A DNA stretch of 64,000 bases. Source: Raillietiella orientalis (taxonomy: Eukaryota). The notes beneath the pieces are model-generated. The model was not told the origin of the DNA and did not search any database. It worked only from the letters and a program-made list of their open reading frames with translations. Below, piece after piece: positions 35,901 through 45,629 of this stretch. A program made the translations under genes and the position numbers. Position 1 is the first letter of the stretch, and each line of letters opens with the position of its first letter. Where the stretch lies: assembly GCA_036172245.1 (NCBI GenBank), contig JAYWIR010000012.1, forward strand, positions 2,356,001 to 2,420,000, written 5' to 3'.

Positions 35901-38619
35901 CGATTCTTGCCGAGTATTCGAACCCGCGACGCTTGGTGCTAGGCGCGGACACCGTGACCACATGGCCTCTAACGCGGACACGCTATTGCCCCGAGCTTCT
36001 TCTTCTGGTCTCACAACCCTTTCATCGATAACTCCAGTGACTCTTGCAAAACTGTTCCTTATCGTTGAAATCACTCCTTTATCGCTTTTGATAGGTGGAA
36101 CGCGAAACAGCAGCTTGAGGAACAGTGAAACGAAACGAATGGCTCTTTGCTGCGCTTTCCTGTTTTCCGTCACTGTAACCATTCGAATGACCGCCACCGG
36201 CCGCACCCTCGAATCCGTGGCGCAGAGCAAGTGCCACTTGCGGAGTACGAGCCCGAAGATGTACGATAACCATCCGGGATACCATAGTTACGCGCAAACA
36301 GAATGTGTCGAGATTCACCACTGGATTCCGTCTTATAGACGCTGCGTCTTCACTTGACCCCCAGCTAGCATCGCAATGCAACTCGGTTCCTTGTGCTGTA
36401 ATACGTGATGAACGCAGTGAAAGTACACAAACGAGCCACTTTTGCGATTTATGTCGCTCTTTGGCATGGTACAATGCCTCAAAGAGGCCATCATTCAGAA
36501 GAGAATCATCAACTAATAAACACGAGTAATGAGGGCGCACTCCTGGCGAACATCTTCAGCAGGCGAGAAGTCGGTACAGGCAGAATGGCATGAAAACAAA
36601 TGAAATATGCCTCTTGTTATTTTCAGGAATACGAAAACAAATTTTATTCAAAGGGAACTGATCCTTGCATTGCAATGAGATGGTCACAGTGACACAAAAC
36701 CGAGGTGAGAGTCAGCACGTCGGGAGGCAAAAAACCTGCATTCTCACTTGGCGCTTTCAAGCTCATCGAGCCATCGATGAAGAACAGAAAGAAAAAAAAT
36801 TCGAGCCCGTAAATACTGAATTTTATGATTTGTGTCAACGCCGAAACATCAGCCGAAAACTCACCCGACCCCCACTGAAATAAGCAAAGGGAAGCTCGTC
36901 GTTCTCGACGCCATTGCAAGACCAGATGAAGACAGGGACTGAAGAAATCCCGTCATGATGTCAGTGGCGGCTGCTCAAGCAGCCATTAGTCGATTGCAAC
37001 ACGGTCGGAGTGGAAACCCGAGAATCGATCCACGATGGCAATCCCCTCGTGCTCGTAATCATCACTCCTTTCCAGAACAAAGCGGTTCTGGAAGGATTGC
37101 GAATGGAACGCAGGGCATGGGCAGTGTGGTGAAGGTCGATGATCGTCCAAGGTGGTCAGGCGAAAAGCAGCGACATTCGAAAGCGACGAAGAAAAGCAGA
37201 AGCCGTCGCGACCACGGGGTCACCACACCCGCTATGCGGTGAACTGGGGAGGGGGCAGCACACCATCAGGGTCACACAGCTAACAGACATCGCAAAACGA
37301 ACTGACGTTCACGCTATTTGTTTCTTTTTCTTTTTTGCACAAATCAGTGCTCTAAGATCTTACGGGATCTCTCGAATTAAGCATTTCAAGCAGCTCGTTA
37401 GCTGATTCGGATATCGGAGTTTCCAACAGCGTTCCACTGCATGCAGACGCAATCGGACAAATTGACCTGTGGCAACGCGACAGGTTGATTTTTTTTCATC
37501 TCTGCCCGAAACTGTTGACCAAGCAGCCCACGGGACAGCGTTGTCACAAAGTTGATTCGCTGTGCACGTCGTGTGCGCAGAGAAATCATCCTATGTAGTG
37601 CACCTGAGCTTAAGATAAGGCAGCTGCAGCATGGCAGGGAATGCCTGGGGGTAATGGCTGGATGCTGACGAGCCTACTTTAAAGTTGTGTGAACTACCAA
37701 GAACTGTGTAAACTGCACCCTTGCGATTATGGACACACCGCAAAATATCACTCACGTCAACATCCTGAAATTCGAAAACAACACGCTTATTTGACACGGC
37801 TAACATCGAGTTAACCTAGTTGTTGGCATTACAGATGCTGCCAGACAAGGATGCATCTTGTGTAGATGTCTGGTGTGAAAATGTCAAAGTTGTGAGTACT
37901 CTGAAGGAAAAGGAAACCAAAGAAATAAGTAACCATACAAGTATGATGAATAGAAAGACATCAGACATGTGCTAATCAATTTATTAGCTGTCCCAAAGGC
38001 TTCAGTTTTCATGGATGGTAACACTTTTATACAGTTGGAACAAAAAATCGCAACTGACAGAATAAGGTACATGAGTTTTTTTTTCAAAACCAACTATAGT
38101 GACGGACTGCTTATGTGGCATATTCAGGTTGGTTTGGTTGATGTAATAACATGATCACTAATTAAATCCATAATAGGAAGATTTTGATCAAGAAGAATTC
38201 CTGGGACTTGCAATAAAATCAATGCATCTTTGCATGATAGTCAAATTGGCCCAGAAAACTCCTGTAATACTGGATCATCCAAATATAATCGTGTTGAATC
38301 AGTGGAACCAAATAAACTTCATATACACTCCCAATATAATAAAACTCACGATGAATGACGTAACAGTAAAAAGAACACTCCATGCACAGCAACTAGATCA
38401 GATAAAAGATGGATGGTTTTTTTTAGGTGAGTACAATGTTTTTTCCAACACTTTATGATTATGCACATAGGTGGAATACCATCCCAACATTCCATAGAAA
38501 TAATCACTTGGGGATTGTTTCATTTTCCATTTAAAGGTTGTATTAAGGAAGTAATTTTCAATCCAAGTGCAACAGCTGTTGATTTCGAGCAATATGATAT
38601 TCAACCTTGTTCTCAATAA
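8930..38619 (+). CDS. eys: Eyes shut (Eys/spacemaker) EGF-mucin-laminin G extracellular protein; N-terminal signal-peptide exon not located
   Basis: Phase-consistent exons: 8930-9008, 14435-14583, 14964-15077, 15706-15822, 16269-16382, 19668-19839, (20854-20865 candidate microexon), 22554-22743, 22802-24358, 24409-24737, 24794-24989, 25040-25197, 26775-26932, 26999-27250, 28940-29113, 29166-29394, 31022-31146, 31212-31404, 31456-31649, 34927-35117, 37835-37928 (least certain), 37988-38127, 38177-38426, 38471-38619 (TAA); about 1770 aa. Eys-type motifs: [95 protein letters not shown]; architecture is 7 EGF, Ser/Thr linker, then 4 LamG with EGF linkers. Confidence 0.92.
9750..10363 (+). mobile_element. 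Possible solo LTR; boundaries uncertain
   Basis: TATAAAAGAGGG at about 10119 and a 3' end in ...TGTACA abutting the MITE; no TSD or second copy seen. Confidence 0.25.
10385..11030. mobile_element. Non-autonomous DNA transposon (MITE), probably Mutator-like, with a very AT-rich core
   Basis: Imperfect TIRs of about 53 bp: GATCAGAATTCCGAACGTCGAAACCTCGAAAGATCGTAAAAATTAAATACATA (from 10403) versus the reverse complement ending at 11025, GATCAAAATGCCGAATGCCGAAAACTCGAAAGATCATAAAAAACAAATACATA. TCGAAATCCCGA units recur at about 10389 and 10763. No TSD identified. Confidence 0.7.
11928..12735 (-). mobile_element. tRNA-headed SINE-like repeat, near full length
   Basis: Minus-strand head GGAGGCTTTGTGGTTAAGGC...CGCGGGTCCGAATACTCC; body shares AAGGGCTCGGAGTCCGTTCCTCTCAYGCCTGRGGAGGGGA with the copy near 35469. 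Confidence 0.7.
12783..13510 (+). mobile_element. tRNA-headed SINE-like repeat, near full length
   Basis: A-box-like TGGCAGCGTGG and B box GGTTCGAATC; body CGTCGTGGGTTTC...GATGACGATGG...TTCCTGGATTCCATAGGGTGG...GTTCTTCAGCAC, then an A-rich segment. Confidence 0.72.
16600..16855 (-). mobile_element. SINE-like repeat, 5' part
   Basis: Minus strand GCCGCGTGGCTGCAGCCTCCGCTCGTGGTGCCAAGCATCGCGGGTTCGAATCCCG followed by the same body as 12783-13010. Confidence 0.7.
17400..17780 (-). mobile_element. SINE-like repeat, 3' part
   Basis: Reverse complement of about 13200-13510 (GTTCCCAAG.AGTGCTGAAGAACCG...CACCCTATGAATCCAGGAAGGCTC). Confidence 0.65.
18389..19070 (+). mobile_element. Candidate solo LTR containing a minisatellite
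   Basis: Termini TGTCGTGAC...GTCGCTACA (7/9 inverted match), flanks CACC/CCCC, TATAAATAG at about 18875, and lower GC than the surroundings. Confidence 0.45.
18465..18642. repeat. 36-bp minisatellite, 5 units
   Basis: Unit CATGCATTCTTCGAGATATGTGAGAGAATGAAGCCC; units 2 and 3 are identical and the first unit is 34 bp. Confidence 0.9.
20916..21545 (+). pseudogene. Degenerate duplicate of the 3' part of eys exon 25040-25197 plus about 500 bp of its downstream intron
   Basis: Aligns by eye to 25073-25665; in-frame TGA at 20973 (TGC in the real exon), a 12-nt deletion, and a retained GTGAGC donor at 21029. Confidence 0.8.
22802..24358 (+). CDS. eys: eys large mucin-like (Ser/Thr/Pro/acidic) exon, 519 codons, ending in the first half of an EGF
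   Basis: cag|GTG at 22802 and GAG|gtaagc at 24358, lying inside the 588-aa ORF; many SG dipeptides; ends [20 protein letters not shown]. Confidence 0.85.
27760..28050 (-). mobile_element. Diverged SINE-like repeat, 5' part
   Basis: Reverse complement aligns with 28650-28800 (GGGTTTCG.G.CCCCCC.CGAGATGACG.TGGGATGGCGA..CTTCGGGCG). Confidence 0.6.
28075..28094. repeat. (TG)10 microsatellite
   Basis: Seen directly. Confidence 0.9.
28650..28805 (+). mobile_element. Diverged SINE-like repeat, 5' part
   Basis: Head GGAGGCCGTGTGG, decayed B box GCTTCGAATGCC, and the family motif GGGTTTCG...GAGATGACG. Confidence 0.6.
30165..30915 (+). mobile_element. SINE-like repeat, near full length
   Basis: GGGTCCGAATTCC, CGTCGTGGGTTT..., GATGACGCTGGTTGCTCT, CTCTCCAGAGTGT, CATAGGGTGGT...GTTCTTCAGC, collinear with 12783-13450. 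Confidence 0.7.
35330..35985 (-). mobile_element. SINE-like repeat, near full length
   Basis: Minus-strand head GAGGCCATGTGGTCACGG...CGCGGGTTCGAATACTC; body collinear with 11928-12735. Confidence 0.72.
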
Positions 38620-38620
38620 A
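38615..38620 (+). promoter_or_regulatory. AATAAA polyadenylation signal overlapping the eys stop codon
   Basis: ...TCT CAA TAA A. Confidence 0.45.
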
Positions 38621-38689
38621 TATGAAATGGCTACAACAAATCACTGGAAGAAACAATGCTTCACAGCAAACTTCCATCAATACAGAAAC

Positions 38690-40357
38690 CTAAATTTTCT
38701 GATCTACATGACCCTTCAAATATTCAAAATTTCCGCCTTCTTCCCACATGGCTTCCAAAGTAATTTTAAAGACAGCCAATTTGAGTTCCAGTAACCTCTG
38801 ATTCAAGTGAATAGAGATGCAGTACACAACAGAAACATTACTCACCAACAGTCTAGCTTGTTCAGGTGTCAATACATCTCCTACATTGCAAACAGTGTGA
38901 TCTTTCAACAAATGGACAACTCCTGCAAAACAGCTTAGCTTACATCAGAATCCGATCCAAACTTTACCTTTTTTTAATGCTGTTGGAAGACCCAGTTGTC
39001 GTAGCTGAGGTTCCATTGAATGTGAAAACTGTGTCAGGGGGCCAGCTTCTAAAGTTACAGTTTCCTCAACAATGTTACCTGACTTTAGAAAATCCGGTTC
39101 TTGATAAGTCTTAAACCACCTGAAATAATATCCGAATGAGGTAAAATTCTTCATGTGAGTCTAATCTTCATGATTTCAATTATATGATGTATAAATTTGA
39201 TTTGATATTTACTCAATTACATCTTCCTTGTTAATATTTGTAAACAACAAACCACGCTGACCATGCAGGCATTCTGATATTTTGCTGAGATTTTCCCTGT
39301 ACTCTTCAGATGGAGTTTTCCCCAATACTAACATGCTCACTTTATTTTTCCCAAAGAAAAACCTAGAAAATCACAATGACCATAAAGTTTCAGTCCTGAC
39401 GAAAATCCTTCGAAATGATTAGAATTGTAGCACACAATGAAACAAAAAATCATCATTGGAAGGAATATACAACAAACTCAAAAAATTACGTTTACAACCT
39501 GAAAATCAGTAAACCTCAAAAATTACACCCTGCTTATAAATGCTCACTTCTGTTCTTTACAGATGATTCTATACAAAAGCATTAATGGTTATCAATCGAG
39601 AAAGCAGTACTAACATAGTACATAGAATAATATTGTGAAAAAAATCACATTTCTTTTACTCTTAAAGTCGAACTGTAACCCCATAGGCATTTGCACTCCG
39701 TTCCAGTTAGTAATGGTTATGTAACACATGGTACTTATTGACCATCAAGAAACATAAACATAAATGGAAAAAAACTTTATTCTAATAATCGCTGGTATAA
39801 ATATCTAAAGTGCAATTGCCATCAAATAAAATACATGATTTTTTTCTGGTGCTTTACTGAAAAATTTTGCTTAAAAACACGCAATCTGAAAAGAGACCTT
39901 CAAATAGAATACCTGCTGTGTTTCCATTGAATTCTTACACCTTTTATTTTTGAATTCCTCATGTTGTCGACACTGAATACAAAAATCCTTTTGTAGAGAT
40001 CTATGCAATGTCTGACATCATCAATAAGCTTCTCCTTGAACTCCAAACCCTTTTTTCGTGTTCTTGTGAGTGATACTGCAAATAATAATCAATCACTTTG
40101 TGCGCTTATAGTAAGTCCACTATTTATCCGAACGAATAAACTAATGAAAACTGCAACTGTTTTAAAGATTGAGACCTCCGCGTTCACGGTTTGAGGTCCC
40201 AAATTTGTGATTTGGAGTCATGACAGTGCAATTTTCATTTAACACAGAAGGTGACATCCGAATCTGACATTACAAAAAGGCTAAATTCTGCATGCAAATC
40301 TTTCATGGTAGTTACTTTTGAATTATTACCTTTCCTATCACGTTTCGATTTAGGCAT
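38690..40357 (-). CDS. MRTO4: mRNA turnover protein 4 homolog / 60S assembly factor Mrt4, 6 exons, 225 aa
   Basis: Exons 40357-40330, 40075-39913, 39362-39213, 39119-38968, 38922-38846 and 38797-38690 total 678 nt. [19 protein letters not shown]...[15 protein letters not shown]...[10 protein letters not shown]...GLLFTN...[21 protein letters not shown]...LTPEQARLL. Confidence 0.96.
39386..39460 (-). ncRNA. Candidate box C/D snoRNA in MRT4 intron 2
   Basis: C box ATGATGA (39456-39450) and D box CTGA (39393-39390) span 67 nt on the host sense strand; terminal stem is weak and no target was identified. Confidence 0.35.
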
Positions 40358-42900
40358 TCTCAGCGATCACCACACCGTTTGGCACTGCGGCGGAAGCATG
40401 CTCCACTTGGTTTGCCAACACACCTGATGGACATTACATACTAGCGATATTTAAAATTGAGTCAGCAATCTCTGAACACAAAACTGCATACTCCCGAGCG
40501 GTAAAACTGGGGGAAAAAGAAGAACCATATAAGTTGAAGGGAGTAATAACTGAGGCTCACTGAAACTGGATTCTGTAGCTTGGGAACTTGAGACCCCCAA
40601 CATGTTTTCAAACTTGAGTTCAGACAATTGCCTTTTGGTTGCTTCCATTCTCCACTTGGTGCTTCGCCACTTATTCGATTATTATTTACCAAATTATAGT
40701 CAAGCCACTTTAAAATTTGCAGATAAACTAGGCGTTCCATGTCAGAAGGTCGAATGATACTTTTAGATTTTGCAGTATAAATAGTGTTCAGAGATCAGTC
40801 ACATGGAAAGTCCTACATATATGCACATATAGGTTGAGTAGGTTCTCCTAACCTTCCAGAAATTTACAGTTACTTATTTTTAGGTCTCAAACCTGATTTA
40901 TTAATCAAACAAGGTCGTTGTTTACCTCTTTGAATAGATTCAAATAGATAATTTTTGCATTTTATATGGATCTCTCATTTCCACATTTTATTAAATGATC
41001 ATCTCAGAAGGTGGTCAGGAACGACCTATTCCTCTCTTCTTTTCTTTTTCTTTTTATTCGCTCTTCTAGCTCATCAAAAATTCATCAAGTGGCACAGCAA
41101 AAAAGTGAATAAAACAAATGAAAGAAAAACAAATAAAACTCCGAACGATGACTTAAGCTTCATCTAATTTAAAATGAAATTTAGTAATCTGCTGTTCTAA
41201 AGGCAAAATAAAGACAGGAATTCAAGACTGAAACTGAAGCACTTAATTTCAGTAGAATCAATTCCTACTAAAATTAAGTTCTTAAGCGAATTAATTCCCT
41301 ACATTGCTTATGTTTTGTATAGACTGAGCAAGCCGTTCACAAAGATGCAATCTTGATGAAATTTTGCGCACTAACTTCTCTCTTTAAATATTGAAGTAAA
41401 ATTCGTCTGCATCAGGCTGTGTATATTGTGACATGATATATTAAACTGAGATTTTAAGCGGAAATTCTCTCATGAGTTTGGAGTGGTTTTTGATTTGCCA
41501 AATTATTAATTTGAAAGAAACATGCATAAATCAGATACAATCGAAGTAATGAAGCAAAAATTCGACATTCTAATTATGCATTCCAGGTTTCGTGGAGTTT
41601 CTGATTTTGTGAACTAGTTTTAAGCCTTTTTATCTTCCTGATGCTGTTCACAGGTGTACTCATTTTCGGTTTTTTGAAAGGTTTTTGTTCTTAATCTTAT
41701 TTTTACAATAAAAGTTGGGGAGGTCTATACAATTACATCATCTTGTTAACCTATAAACCACATACACTAATTATTCTCTCGAGTCACTTTTTAAATATCA
41801 GCTCACTTTTCATCTTCAGTCGATAAAAAGTTTTTGGAAGTTTTTGGATCCTCATATGAAGAATTTGAAGTTTAACATGGTCAGAGCAGATCCTTCTAAA
41901 ACATCTGGTGTCTTTCACAGCTATCAGTCTCTTTAATTAAACGATCCCCATTTGTTGCTCCTGGAAGTATCTGTCATTTTTCTAAATTTGCAGATCTAGT
42001 CCGCTAACAATCCCTGCATTCTAAATTCTAGTCATTAATTGTGTATTAACTCACTGTGCCAATGTAATTATTGGTTTACTCGAGGAATTTAATTAAATCT
42101 TATGGATATTTCCTTCCTGAAAGTGCATCCCACATCCAGTGCGTTTGTTAGTAAATAAAATTCGTTATTCTCAGTAAGAAGTAATGTGTTTTGTATCTTT
42201 TAGGGTAAGTTTTCTTTGGTATCTTTTTCGTATCCTGCATCGTTACCATTGGATATCTTCCGATTCTTTAGTTTTTTTTCTTGTAACTCATGGCTTTAAA
42301 TGTACAGATCTGGATAGTTGCTTCGTTCCTTTCTGATAGTTCTCAAGAAGCAACTTTATGCCTAATATGCTTTATGCTCATCTCAGTTTAATTGTTAAGT
42401 TTTATCCACATCTACTTACTGTCAATATTGCTCAAAGAAAGTTTCATTCTTGCAAACATCGAGAACATTCACGATCATTCATTGCTCGTAGCCATATTGA
42501 TATTGATATTCTAAGTTCATTAGTGTGAGTCTTAAAACCAACGAAAGCAACTTAGAAATGTCTTTTTAATTCAACCTTCTGTCAATCCTTCCAAGAGCCT
42601 TTCTTTTGATAATGAGAAAACGAATACATTCAGCGCAGAATGATTTCAATCTCTATTGAGATTTTGCGTTTTCATCATTACTTTTGTGAATAGTACAAAT
42701 AATGTATTGACTTAATTATTGGGTGACTCAAGGATTAGAAAATTGAAAAATAATTAATAAACCTTACATTCAGATTCATATACACGTGGAAATGAATATA
42801 AAAGTTTTATAGAGCTAAATTAACGTTGATAATCTTTTAATGCTTGTGAATTTTTCAATAGTTGATATTCTTATTACGATAGTTTATATGTATTCGCTTA

Positions 42901-43140
<240 letters not shown>

Positions 43141-43499
43141 TCAAAGAAACATCCTCCTCCCGGTTCATTCACACACACACAAAAAAAGGCAAATGATTTC
43201 AAAACAGAAACTACTTATGAATAAGATTTTCGAACTATTAGAAAAATTTTCATATTGACGATAAGTATAAATGCAATTCAAAATTTGACATTTATGTAGT
43301 GCAATTAAGTGCTGATCCAAAGGGGGAACAAAAGATACGAAGTTTGTACAAACAAATTTAATGAAGTTTAAATTATGTATACTTTTTGGCGGAGAATTTT
43401 TAATTAAATCTATGCTTCTCGAAAATGAGCTGTTCTTGTATGTGGAAAACTAAAATAAATATAAACCAATTATTACGGATGGAGACTCTTCGAACTGTT

Positions 43500-45629
43500 T
43501 GTACGTAGCTGCCTACTTGTCTATGGAAACGGAAGAGGAATAATGCATGTTTCGGTGAGCATGTAATCAGGAGTCTGCTGTTGAATTGCAACTTATTATG
43601 GTAATGTTACCTATTTTATGGAATTGTAATATATGTTTTTTTATTACAGTTCGTTTATCCTAGTTTGTAGGTTGTTTTTAAGTGTCTTCAAGGTATTAGT
43701 TTGTTTTCTGTTGAATAAGAATTTGGCACATTTTGAGTAGTACTACTGTTTGTTGGGTTTTAGGTTACAAATTTGTGATTTGTAACCGTAAACACACAAA
43801 CTCCGTTGTGATCTTTATTTTTTATAGGTTCTGTTTTGTTGGAAACTTTTTACAGTTTTCGTTTGTAGCTTGGTAATTTTTTGTATCCATTTCACCCTGT
43901 TACAATGTGGAACAAGAATGAAGAACTCGGAAGAAAAATTCCCTTCACTTTATCTCAGTTATTTGATTTAAGGGATCCTTTATTTCATGTTTTACTTACT
44001 AGTTATTGTAAATACTCTTCATTTCTGCATATTGAGAGCCATTTTTTTTGTTCATAGTTAATGACGTATAGGGGAAGGAATTTGCTTCCGATTCCTGTTT
44101 TGGTGTATTTTCATTTAAAATATATGGTCATCTTCATTTCATATTGGAAGGTATAAATATGGTATTTGGGTGATGTAAAAATGTTCTTTCGTGCAGGTTG
44201 TCTGGGTGTGGACAGTTTATCTGTATAGAAGAAAATTAGATTTCGAAAGTGTTTTATAAAGAAACGAGTGCATATTTGCTCACAATATGTATTACAAGCA
44301 TTCAATTTTCCTGCTTGTATAAATAAAAATTTTCAAATTCCGTAGAACTCTGATGAAACTTTACTATACTTTACTTATACTTTTAGAAATTCAGTAAATG
44401 AAATGCATCGTTGAGAAGTTGCATAACTTTTTACCATAAGCTTGTTTACTTTTATTGTTGATTTTTAGTTTAATCTTGGCGTGGAAAAACTTAGTTGGAA
44501 AAATTAAAGCATTGTGAAAGCTACATAAGCAATGAAGAATGGATTGCCAGACTTTGGAATTTAGTCAGCTTGAATTCCAGATCAGCATGAGAATTATGTA
44601 ACTTGAATATTCCATTTGCATTAGTTGGGATTCTGTGAATGTCTGTTGTAACTTTGGTTTCTAATCGCTGTATTTAGTGGTATTGATTTTGTTGATAACC
44701 TAAACTACGAGTTCAGGAATTTTTGATGCTTTATTGAATTATTTTAAACTGCAACAAACTATTAACAGTACAGTTTGCCCTACTTTTTTTTCTGTATATA
44801 TGTATTACTGTTTTGTGTTACCATTGTATTGATTAGTAAAAGCGAAATGTGTATTATAAAAAGCAAATATAAGGTGGAGTCTTCATTTTTTTATTAATTG
44901 ATTAAAATGAATTGTGAACATTGTGTTCACTATTGAAAATACAGTTTTTAGTGGACTTTGGTTTTAGCTTTGATTAGTAGAATCAGATTTTTCTAATATA
45001 GCATCCAATAACTATGCAATTTTGCATGAAGTCTTGCATTGATTGCATCTCTGTTGAATTTCGAAATGTGCACATTCATTGTGAACACAGAAAGTACATC
45101 TTTGTGTTTTCAATTCATATTCATAATTTTTATTATAAGGTTGCTCTGTCAGGTTTTATGAATGGGACATTCAGTTGCTAGCATTTGAGTTCCTCAAGCA
45201 TCTTTGTTGGTTCTATGTAGCATAATGCTTGATGTGTAATAACCATAGATTCGTCATTTATTTGTATAAGTTGTTTTGCCTAATAATTGTTTGAACGATA
45301 TCTTGGTGACCTATGTTTTTTTTTTTTTTTATATATACTAATGTCCATGATCTGTTGTTTTGTCTTTACTAAATGAGGTTTTTCCCTTTTTTGTATCACT
45401 TTCTAGTTGTTACTAAATCTGATATTAGTTTTCTCCTAAATTTCAGGACCATATGTATTTCAGGACTGATTTGAATTTTCCAAATGATCTGATCATTTCA
45501 AGTTTAAGTGTGGAATGTTTGATGTGTTTTATTAGGGATGTTTTTATGAGATACTTGTATGCAATCATTGTCAACCTTGTGTGAAATAGTTTTTTGATTT
45601 GTTTACAGTTTTGTTCATAACAAAAGCAC
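43500..45629 (+). ncRNA. Spliced non-coding leader or host transcript upstream of RPL5
   Basis: GT-AG intervals 43601-43649, 43693-43827, 43873-44057 and 44151-44196; acceptor tttacag at 45608 just before the RPL5 ATG; no substantial ORF. Confidence 0.45.
43742..43809 (+). ncRNA. Intronic pre-miRNA-like hairpin (candidate)
   Basis: GTTTGTTGGGTTTTAGGTTACAAAT-TTGTG-ATTTGTAACCGTAAACACACAAAC forms 21 pairs by eye plus a short lower stem, inside the GT-AG interval 43693-43827. Confidence 0.4.

Noticed and set aside
36627..36704. Extra 78-nt eys exon (ttttcag|...|gtgaga)
   Set aside because: In-frame TGA in the required phase; no support beyond the splice motifs.
42480..42700. Decayed LINE reverse transcriptase fragment on the minus strand (LFTKVM, VAFVGFK)
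   Set aside because: Two short motifs with stops and frameshifts; could be chance.
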